From Octopus sinensis (Eukaryota): 32,175 bases of DNA. The stretch is from positions 1 to 32,175 of the forward strand of contig NW_021832820.1 in assembly GCF_006345805.1 (NCBI RefSeq), given 5' to 3'. Position 1 is the first letter of the stretch. The number at the start of each line of letters is the position of its first letter. The notes beneath the pieces are model-generated. The model ran no database searches. It was not told the DNA's origin and saw nothing but the letters and a program-made list of their open reading frames with translations. Below are positions 23,243 through 32,175 of this stretch, piece by piece. The translations under genes and the position numbers were made by a program.

Positions 23243-23729
23243 AGCAAAAGATGTCGCTATGCGTTCTGTCTGTTGTGCGGACGATTCTTTTAGTTCGCTG
23301 CATTAACAACGACGACGACGATGATGATGATTTCAAGGTAACGAATGACGATGATAATGCAAAGACAGGATAAAGTGTGGGGATTTACATAGAATGAAAT
23401 GATAATAATGTGTGTGTATGTGTATTGATGTGGGTGTATGCACCTTATAAGATCTTGAACACGGAGGGCAAATGCTCTCTCCCTCTCTAATAATCTCAAT
23501 TCGCTACAAAAGTTCCAAGAGATACAATGAAAAGCAAAGCACGTTAAAAAGTGGATTTACAAAGAGGTAAAACGGTGAGATGGAGAAAGTTATAGGAAAA
23601 CGAAGACAAGGGTAAATGGCGTAATACAATATGGAAGAGAAGGAGTTGACAATAAGTAAAAATGAACACACGAATGCTTGTTCAGAATGAATTAAAATAA
23701 AGTATAATAAAACGTAAAAGAAGATATAT

Positions 23730-24026
23730 GGTACTCCGTCGGTTAGGAGGATGAATGTTCCAGTTGATCTGATCAATGGAACAGCCTGCTCATGAAATTA
23801 ACGTGTAAGTGGCTGAGCACTCCACAGACATGTGTACCTCTCATGTAGTTCGTAGGGAGATTCAGCGTGACACAGGATGTGACAAGGCTGACCCTTTGAA
23901 ATACGGGTACAATTCGTTTTTGCCAGCTGGGTGGACTGGAGCAATGTGAAATAAAAGTGTCTGGCTCAAGGGCATATCGCGCCGCCGGGAATCGAACTCA
24001 CGGTCTTACTTAACCATGCGCCTTCA
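23730..24026 (-). mobile_element. SINE group 3, tail X, with a deletion in the tRNA head
   Basis: Collinear with 16643-16939. Confidence 0.85.
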
Positions 24027-24780
24027 AATAAATATTTATGTAAACGTCTGCATCAAGGCTGCCGACTGCTTTGTTTATGTTTACCCTCCAAAATGCTTCT
24101 CTAATTCCTCGTTGGTGCCAGTTGAGTGAATGTTGGATTTTGGGATACAAAAGCTAAGTTTCCAGAACCCGCTCAGTGACAGTTATTTTGCAAATCCACG
24201 TCATCCCACATTTATCGTCAGCGTCGCTCCGATCATGCACATCATGTCAATTAGTCAAATCCCAAGTCTCAAGTGTTGAGAATAAAACGGATGCCTACTG
24301 ACAAGGGATTATTGGAAACAGGCAAATGATTTTCTACGCCATTACGTCAAATGCAATTATAGTGAATTACGACAGAAGGAAATCGCAAATTACTCTGCTA
24401 AAATTAACAATGAATGTTAGACTTTCACGCCTAATTACAGAAGTCAAAGTAAAATTTATGACCGAATTCCTTCACTGATTAACTTGCTCCGAAGTTTTGT
24501 TGGCATTTTTAAAGTATTGCATACTAGTTGCCAGCATATTTCACAAAAATATCGTTCTTACAAAAGAAATCCTTCCTCATCCGCCTCCAGCAGACTTTTA
24601 GAGGTAACAAAAGTATGAGACAACTACTGACCAGTACTTGTAATCGTAATCAAATCCCCAAACGCTGTACTCCTAAAAAAACGGTCGCACGAGAAGTAAT
24701 CCCTGTTCGTTGTGCAACTGCATGTGTTGGGTCAACTCAATGGCAAATTAAAACAGAAAAATTACGAGTTATACAGGTGT

Positions 24781-25140
24781 GGAGGCGCGTGGATTAGTGG
24801 TTAGGGTGTTGAACTCATGATCGTAAGGTTATGGTTTCGATTCCTGGACCGGACGATGCATTGTGTTCTTGAGCAAAACACTTCATCTCACTTTGCTCCA
24901 GTCCACTCAGCTAATGGTTAGGATGTTGCACTCATGACTTCTAGATTGTGGTTTCGATTCCTGGACCGGGTGACGTGTTGTGTTCTTGAGCAAAACACTT
25001 CATTTCACATTGCTCCAGTCCACTCAGCTGGCAAAAACGAATAATCCTGCGACGGACCGGCGTCCCGTCCAGGTGGGGAATTTCCACGCCACTGAAACCG
25101 GGAGACCGACCATTATGAGCCTGGCATGGCTCGAGAAGGA
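24781..25140 (+). mobile_element. SINE group 3 with duplicated head and core, and tail Y (Meta/MESC-like domain)
   Basis: Copy 1 spans 24781-24912 and copy 2 starts at 24913; both contain the B-box GGTTTCGATTCC. The tail is CCTGCGACGGACCGGCGTCCCGTCCAGG..GAAACCGGGA..GGCTCGAG. Confidence 0.8.
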
Positions 25141-25287
25141 ACATACAGAAGGTAGGACATGCAAAGATTCTCATTGAACGTACGCAGCTGAATGCAGCAG
25201 ACACAACTTGATTTCTGTTGGTTGCACAACAGAACAACTCGAACAAAAAAACTGAAACTGGCATCGGTAGAATGTCAGGCGGAAAAC

Positions 25288-25778
25288 GCTATTTACACGG
25301 AATAATAATGTCAAAGCTATTTACACGGAATAATAATGTCAAAGCTATTTACACGGAATAATAATGTCAAAGCTATTTACACGGAATAATAATGTCAAAG
25401 CTATTTACACGGAATAATAATGTCAAAGCTATTTACACGGAATAATAATGTCAAAGCTATTTACACGGAATAATAATGTCAAAGCTATTTACACGGAATA
25501 ATAATGTCAAAGCTATTTACACGGAATAATAATGTCAAAGCTATTTACACGGAATAATAATGTCAAAGCTATTTACACGGAATAATAATGTCAAAGCTAT
25601 TTACACGGAATAATAATGTCAAAGCTATTTACACGGAATAATAATGTCAAAGCTATTTACACGGAATAATAATGTCAAAGCTATTTACACGGAATAATAA
25701 TGTCAAAGCTATTTACACGGAATAATAATGTCAAAGCTATTTACACGGAATAATAATGTCAAAGCTATTTACACGGAA
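25288..25778. repeat. 28-bp minisatellite, 17.5 apparently identical units of GCTATTTACACGGAATAATAATGTCAAA
   Basis: Directly visible; 491 bp divided by 28 gives 17.5 units. Confidence 0.99.
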
Positions 25779-26289
25779 CTTGCCGGTCATGTTACTGCAA
25801 ATAACTGCAAATTCGCCGACCACCTGGAAATACAGATTCTCAAAAAATATTCCTAAACCACTGAACTCTCAGTCCTCAAAGGATGAGCATAAACAGACTT
25901 GTGAGTTACTAGCATCACGCTCCGGAGTGATGAGCAAAATGACAGATTTCCGTCAGATCATACAAATCTTTCTCTGTTTCATTTTCTCCTTTTATTGTTT
26001 GTTTCTTCTTTTCTTTTTTTTTTGTTTTTGTTTTTCTTTTCTTGTTTTAACTAACAAATTGTGAAACAGCGAAAATTGATGACGTATTTTCGCTTAGAAA
26101 TTAACGTAGGACAGTCAAGATGAAATGTTGAACGACTGCATTTCTGAGTATTTTTCATTTAATATTTTCAACCTGAGGAAGGCAAACATTCTGTCCAAAT
26201 ATGTTCCGTTCAATAAACAAAGTCCATTTATGCTTCATTACAAATCGCATAGTGTCTTGTGAATGAATAATAATAATAATAATCTTTTT

Positions 26290-26336
26290 TACTAAATTTG
26301 GTGGGGGTGGGAATAGTCGATTACATCGACCCCGGT

Positions 26337-26370
<34 letters not shown>

Positions 26371-26528
26371 GTTTCGATTACAGTGTTCAAGTGGCACTTA
26401 TTTTATCGACTCAGAAAGAATTAAAGGTAAAGTCGACCTCGGTGGAATCTGAATCCAAACGTAGCGACGGGCGAAATACGGCTAAGCATTTCGTCCAGCG
26501 CGCTGTTGATTCTACCAGCTCGCCGCCT
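26290..26528 (-). mobile_element. SINE group 1, near full length, interrupted by (AAT)n at ~26340-26368
   Basis: The head reads AGGCGGCGAGCTGGTAGAATC on the minus strand; the body aligns with the other copies. Confidence 0.85.
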
Positions 26529-26571
26529 TAATAATAATAATAATTATTATTATTATTATTATTATTATTAT

Positions 26572-27087
26572 AAAAAGATGCCCTGATGCAGTACCAGTCA
26601 GTGGCTCTCATGGCTTCTGATCTTAACTGATTGGAAGTGTTATCATATACATTGTTTTGTCTTGGTATAAAAGATGGGCTACAGCAAATATTCTGCTCAA
26701 TACCACAGATTTGCTTGTCAGTTGTTTGACCTTAACCAGTTGAGCATGTCCCTTAGTGGCTGATGATATGTACATCTCTGATCACGAGCAGAAGTAGTGG
26801 GGGAGCATCATAGCCATGTGTTGAGAGGAATTCCTTGGAATATGAATAATTCGTCTCTGGAAAAATGGGTGTTTTGTTCATCATCCTTAAAACAAACCTT
26901 ATTCAGAGACCTTTTGAGTGGGGTGGGCTTCTCGACTTGAAGAATACTCTAAATGGGTCCCACCTGCAAAGTCATGCACTGTTTATCTTGATATGAGATT
27001 ACCATGTCGTGCACATGTGTTTGTGATGCATGTGCTTTGTGTACCCTTATCAGACGGGTAGTCATGATGGGTATATTGGGTTTCGTA
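26572..27087 (+). mobile_element. Longest copy of family D, lacking its last ~50 bp and fused to the R4/Dong fragment
   Basis: Homologous to 18659-19035. It stops at GGGTTTCGTA and runs directly into LINE coding sequence. Confidence 0.85.
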
Positions 27088-28134
27088 GAAAACTATTACA
27101 ACATAAACCACCATAGAACTACAGAAATAGTTCAGAAGCAAGGAAAACTAGTACAAAAAGCCACAAAACACGAACAAAAAACCTGTATGCTGTTTTTAAG
27201 GAATAGAAAAGAAGAAGTGATGGTACCTAACAACCATGAAGAAAAAGAAGGAACAACAGAAGCTGGTAAAACAAGTGAAATCCAAACTAAAACTTGAAAA
27301 GCAACGTTTCATGATAAAACAATGACAAGAAAAGCCCCTTCATGGAAAATACTGGGTTAAGCTGAAGAGAAAAGAAATAGACAAAGCAAAATCCCAACAA
27401 TGGCTGAGAAGCTCAGGACTCAAAGCAGAGACTGAAGGATTTTTAATTGCAGCACAAGAGCAAAGCATTCCCACCAGAAATCAGCAAAAACATGTAATGA
27501 AAAGAAATACAAATAACTTCAGAATATGTGGTGATGAAGAAGAAACAATAAATCATATTGTTTCTGGCTGCCCAGTGCCGGCTAAGAAGGATATATTCAC
27601 AGGCATCATAGTGTTGGGACCTATATACACTGGAAGCGATGCCAACACTATAGAATAACAACAGAAAAAAGATAGTAAGGCACACTACAGAAAAGGTCAC
27701 AGAAAATGAGAAAGCAACTGGGGTATGCCAATACACGTAGATAGAAAAATCAAGGCTAATAGACCAGATATAGTTGTCAGAGATCACCGAGAAAAGGTAA
27801 TACCTTCTAGTCGATGTATCAATACCAACAGATTGCAACGTTTCTCTAAAAGATATGGAGAAACTTTCAAAATACAAAGATCTGGAAATAGAGGTAACTA
27901 AAAACAGGAACAATCCCTCTAATAATAGGTGCATTAGGTATGATTTAAAAACATTCAGAGGAATACATAACCAAAACACCAGGACTTATGAATGTATATA
28001 ACATACAGAAACTAGCACTACTAGGCACCGTGCACATCCAATGTAAAGTACTTTCAATACGGAGGAAAAAAGAGAACCACAGCACGTACCCAAGGAACAC
28101 AGAGCTGCGCTCGGTAGTGCAGTGAAAGCACGTG
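27088..28134 (+). mobile_element. Decayed 3' end of an R4/Dong-type (restriction-like endonuclease) non-LTR retrotransposon
   Basis: Manual translation gives KPLHGKYWVKL..WLRSSGLKAETEGFLIAAQEQSIPTRN..FRICGDEEETINHIVSGCP (CCHC knuckle, first Cys changed to Phe), then HRH..VGTYIHWK, NRPDIVVRD..LLVDVSIP..EKLSKYKDLEIEV (RLE) and IIGALG..QKLALLGTVHI. It carries several frameshifts and stops and ends in (TAA)n. Confidence 0.9.
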
Positions 28135-28225
28135 ATAATAATAATAATAATAATATAATAATAATGATGATGATAATGATAATGATAATGATGATGATGA
28201 TGATAATAATGATAATAATAATAAT

Positions 28226-28351
28226 ATCATCATGTCACGCACATATGGTTGTGATGCATGTTTCTTATTAGACGGGTAGTATGATGGGTATACTGAGTTT
28301 CGTATATTTTACCTCAGTGTCACTTTGATGGCATGTACTGCTCTCTCGCGC
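28226..28351 (+). mobile_element. Short 3'-end copy of family D
   Basis: Matches 18950-19083 and ends CTGCTCTCTCGCGC-(AAT)n. Confidence 0.85.
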
Positions 28352-28397
28352 AATAATAATAATATTAATAATAATGATAATGATGATAATAATAAAT

Positions 28398-28590
28398 ATT
28401 GTTTTCAAATTTTGGCTCAAGGCCAGCAATTGTAAGGCAAGAGTTTACTCGCTATCATCCACTTCAGTACTTGACTGCTCGATCATTTTATCGACCATGG
28501 AAGGGTGAAAGGCAAAGTTGACCTCGACGGGGTTCGAAACCCGAACGTAAAAATCCGTAATTGAATACCGCAAGGCATTTTGTCCGACGT
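28398..28590 (-). mobile_element. SINE group 1, diverged copy
   Basis: TTTCAAATTTTGGCTCAAGGCCAGCAATT..TTTATCGACC..GGGTGAAAGGCAAAGTTGACCTCG..GGCATTTTGTCCG. Confidence 0.75.
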
Positions 28591-28659
28591 TGGGTTCCTG
28601 CTGCTACAACACAGGTGTCGCTGCAATTCAAGTCTATTCGCTTGTTGCTATTTATTAGT

Positions 28660-28990
28660 ACTACTGCTGCTGCTGAGGCCGCCGCTGCTGCTGTTGTTGT
28701 TGTTGTTGTTGTTATAGCTCGTACTGCTAGTGATACTGCTGACGTTGCTGCTGCTGCAGTTACTTTTTAGTGCTGCTGCACCTGCTGCTGCTGCTGTTTC
28801 TACTGCTTATACAAGCCGTTGCTGCTGTCTTTGATGCTGCTGCTGCTGCTGCCGTCGCTGTTGCGCTTGGTGCTTTTGTCATTGCTGCTGCTGCTGATGA
28901 TGATGATGACGACGACGGCGACGACTAAGGTAGTGATGATGATGATGATGAGGAGGAGGAGGAGGAGGAACATGACGGCGATGCAGGAAG
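28660..28990. repeat. Trinucleotide mosaic (GCT/GTT/GAT/GAC/GAG)
   Basis: Directly visible. Confidence 0.9.
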
Positions 28991-29184
28991 AATGATGAAA
29001 GAGAAGGCATGAAAGAGAATGAGAGAGTGAGTAAGAGCGCTGGTTTCCTGACCCCCTCCGCAGTATCCCCTCCCCCCACACACCCACCCTCGTCCCCTCT
29101 TCATTATACTCCTGGTCGTCAACCATTCTAATCAGATCCTTCCTTAATCGACTTCAAATTGCTTTATACTCTACCACCGACACT

Positions 29185-29602
29185 CACTGCAGCTCCCTAC
29201 CCTAGATACCAGAATTCCCTTCTTCAGTGCTCCCTGTTTTACTCCACCATGCCCCAGATACTCCCTGAAGTACTCCACATGAGCTCAGTCCCTACTCCCA
29301 CGCACTCACTGCAGTATTTTGTCAAAGAACTGCCCCTTACACCTCAGTAACCCCTGTTGTACACCAACTAATCCCCGATACTCCCTGCAATACAGTTCCT
29401 AACCACAGCTCCCTAAAAACAAATACTCCCTAAAAACCACAGCTCCCTAAAAGCAAACACTCCCTACCAAAATTCACCCCACCGCTGCTCCCTAGCCTCA
29501 GTCACTCACTACAGTACTCCTCCCCAGTCAAGGTCCCGACTCTCAAGTACTCCCTGCTCTACTCCATCTCGCACCAGTTCCCGACTCCGGTTACTCCCTA
29601 CG
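29185..29602. repeat. Cryptic C-rich repeat built on (A/G)CTCCCT
   Basis: About a dozen exact or near copies at irregular spacing. Confidence 0.65.
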
Positions 29603-29699
29603 GTGCTCACCTCACCACAGATCTTCGATGCCGTCAAATTCCTCCTTCTGAAATTGATCTCTTCTCTCTATCATTTGCCGCCCCTTCCTACGCATCTTT

Positions 29700-29762
29700 C
29701 TATCACTATATCTATATGTATATCTCTATATCATATATATGTGGGGGGGCGGGTATGTATAA

Positions 29763-29805
<43 letters not shown>

Positions 29806-29854
29806 CACACACACACACGTATATATATATATACATACACACACACACACACAC

Positions 29855-29902
<48 letters not shown>

Positions 29903-29917
29903 TATATATTCATACAT

Positions 29918-29959
<42 letters not shown>

Positions 29960-30985
29960 TATACATACATATATACACACACATACATATATACATACGT
30001 ACATATGTGTGTGAGGGGTGTATCTATGTGTGCATGGATGTATTTATGTATATGTTTGTATGTATGTATCTACATATATGTGTGTGTGTATGTGCATATA
30101 TATATATATATATATGCATGCATGTATGTGTCTGAGTGTATAATAGTACATGTATGTGTGAGCGTGTGCGCGTATCTCTCACCGGGTTTGTGTGTTTTGT
30201 ATACTTATGTGTGCATGCCGCTATGTGCGTGTGTGTGTGTGTATCTGTCTGTAAACGTGTGTATGTGATTGTGTGTTCATACGTGTATGAAAATCTGTAA
30301 CCGTCTGTTTGTCTGCATGTCTGCTTACATTTCACACCAACTAACGATCACCGTGACACACACACTCGCGCAGGCGCAGGCGCATGCGTAAGATTAAAGC
30401 ATTTAATACATGCTTACATACTGTGACATATATATACATGATCTGGCCTACATATACGTACACACATGCATGCGTTCACACATACATATGCACATACATA
30501 CACATATACATACACATATACATACATACATATATACATACTGATATGCAGACACAAGTATCCGTATATATACTTATACACTCATCATACATACTTGCAC
30601 ATACCTATACGCACGTACGTACAATTATTTTATGGTTCAAGTCAGAAGAGGAAGGGCGGCCTTCATCCCCTTCTTCTTGAACTCCGACAATGGTGGGGTG
30701 GGAAGGAGAGGCAGAGGTTTTCCTGAAGTCATGGGGACGGGGATATGTGTACCTTTAATATACATATGACCACACACACACACACACGTGCTTATAGCTT
30801 GCTAACCAGACAGACAGACAGATAGATATGTAGGTAAATAGAGAGAAAGATAGATAGACAGACTGCCAAGCAAACAGGCAAACAGACAAACAGACAGACA
30901 AACAGGTAGGCAAGTAAGTAGGTAGAAAGATAGACAGACAGATAGAGAAAGATGAGTAGATAGATGGATGGATAGATAGATAGAT
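29700..30985. repeat. Compound CA/TA/TG, TACA and AGAC/AGAT microsatellites, with a short unique insert at ~30645-30760
   Basis: Directly visible. Confidence 0.9.
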
Positions 30986-31099
30986 TTTGTGGCGAGATTA
31001 AGGCCAGATTCGAAAAGTCTCGCTTGGATTTTCAGCTATGAGCCATAACCTTTTCATATGTCCATAAAAGGCATGACCATTCCTTTGGCAGAATAAAAC

Positions 31100-31240
31100 A
31101 TTCACGTCAATATTTAGCAGCCAATCAGCATTGGTTGACGTGTATCGTTTAAGGGCAGGAGCTATCAAAGGGGAGTCATGCAAGACTCCCGCCAAATTTG
31201 CAACTCGAAGGCTGTGGAATTTCTGGAAGCTTCTTTCCAG
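31100..31240. promoter_or_regulatory. Candidate cis-regulatory cluster (NF-Y CCAAT box, two inverted TGACGTG sites, three-unit heat-shock element)
   Basis: CACGTCAA..AGCCAATCAGC-ATTGG-TTGACGTG and TTCtgGAAgcTTC. This is motif evidence only. Confidence 0.3.
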
Positions 31241-31582
31241 AATTATATACTGTCGATTTGGATCCAGCGCTCATTATTTAGTAACACTTTGATTCGGCCT
31301 CATGCGGCTCATCAAACTATCTTTTCTCGTCAGGCACACAGCCTCATCAAGCGATCCTATCTCGTCAGGCATGTAGGAACCGAATGAAACAAGTCCGAAG
31401 TGGCATCTGGATATTGGGCTGTTGTTAGTCAATGCAGGTCACATGGTATTATCAATACGTTGGTGCAGTCAATGCCATTTCTGTTCTAATCTGAGTTCCT
31501 GGGACCATGTGCTAGGACAGGATGTTGCTGGCGACACTATCTAGGAAGTGAGGTTCGCTTTGTTAATGATATCAATTCGCTG

Positions 31583-31895
31583 GTGTGTGTGTGTGCGTGT
31601 GTATGTATGCGTGTTCGCGCGCGTGTGTGTACCTGATGTGTGGATGGGTGTACCTGGTACTTGTATGTAGCTGCTGCATGTGTACTTTCTATCTGTTTGT
31701 ATGTGTGTATCATATGTCTGTCTGACTGGTGCATGTTCGAGTGCGTTTGGTATGGGCGTGCTCCTGGTACACGCGTGCGTGTGTGTGTGTGTATATTTGC
31801 TGTGTATGTGTGTGTGTGTGTGCGCATGAACGTCTGCATCTGTATCTGCTGTGTGTGTGTGTGTGTATGTGTGCATGTGCGTGTGCGCGTGCATT
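31583..31895. repeat. Degenerate (TG)n tract
   Basis: Directly visible. Confidence 0.85.
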
Positions 31896-32147
31896 TGGTA
31901 TGTGCACGTTTCTTTCGTCAGATTGTGGAAGAAAGTTCACAAGAAACTGGAAAGAGAAGGAAAACAGGAAATGGAGTGGAAAAGAGATGAGAGCTCGGGA
32001 AAAAAAACATTCTTGAAATATATGCGAAGGTGTGTGTATGTGTGTGTGGTGTGTGTGTGGTGTGCTTGTAGATAGACAGACAGACGGGCAGTTTATAGAA
32101 AATTCAAATAAACACAGTTTTTTTTTTTTTTTTTTTACCGTCGTGTA

Positions 32148-32175
32148 TAAAGGCGACAAGTTGGCAGAATGGTTA
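32148..32175 (+). mobile_element. Start of a probable group 1 SINE, cut by the window edge
   Basis: AAGGCGACAAGTTGGCAGAATGGTTA resembles the group 1 head; only 28 bp are visible. Confidence 0.5.

Noticed and set aside
24781-24860. tRNA-like sequence with A/B boxes (also at 15081, 13567 and 26528)
   Set aside because: No complete cloverleaf or acceptor stem, and each continues into a repeated SINE body. These are SINE heads, not tRNA genes.
27443-27979. 178-aa hydrophobic minus-strand ORF
   Set aside because: It is the antisense shadow of the A-rich R4/Dong coding strand.
28561-29126. Poly-Ala/His/Pro/Gln ORFs resembling low-complexity regions of transcription factors
   Set aside because: They are trinucleotide mosaics open in several frames on both strands, with no folded domain or credible splice context.

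Overview
Eukaryotic, repeat-dominated, non-genic DNA (intronic or intergenic). The microsatellite load and SINE/LINE families look like an octopus (coleoid cephalopod) genome; this is from recalled repeat consensus, not a database search. No host protein-coding gene is supported, and nearly all ORFs in the track are translated microsatellites. Supported content: (1) the 3' end of a Penelope-like element (GIY-YIG C-terminus, C-rich UTR, and a minimal type I hammerhead-ribozyme motif with a variant core) at 4027-5115; (2) a 5'-truncated RTE-type LINE end with an open frame encoding three C2H2 fingers at 10333-10835; (3) a decayed R4/Dong-type LINE end (zinc knuckle plus restriction-like endonuclease) inside an (AAT)n nest at 27088-28134; (4) three tRNA-headed SINE groups and an (AAT)n-tailed retroposon family, many with nested, duplicated, deleted or fold-back heads; (5) a ~4.07 kb, 32-bp satellite that appears to derive from a SINE copy and shows higher-order structure, plus a perfect 28-bp minisatellite; (6) short unique islands with candidate regulatory motifs (12286-12308, 31100-31240).
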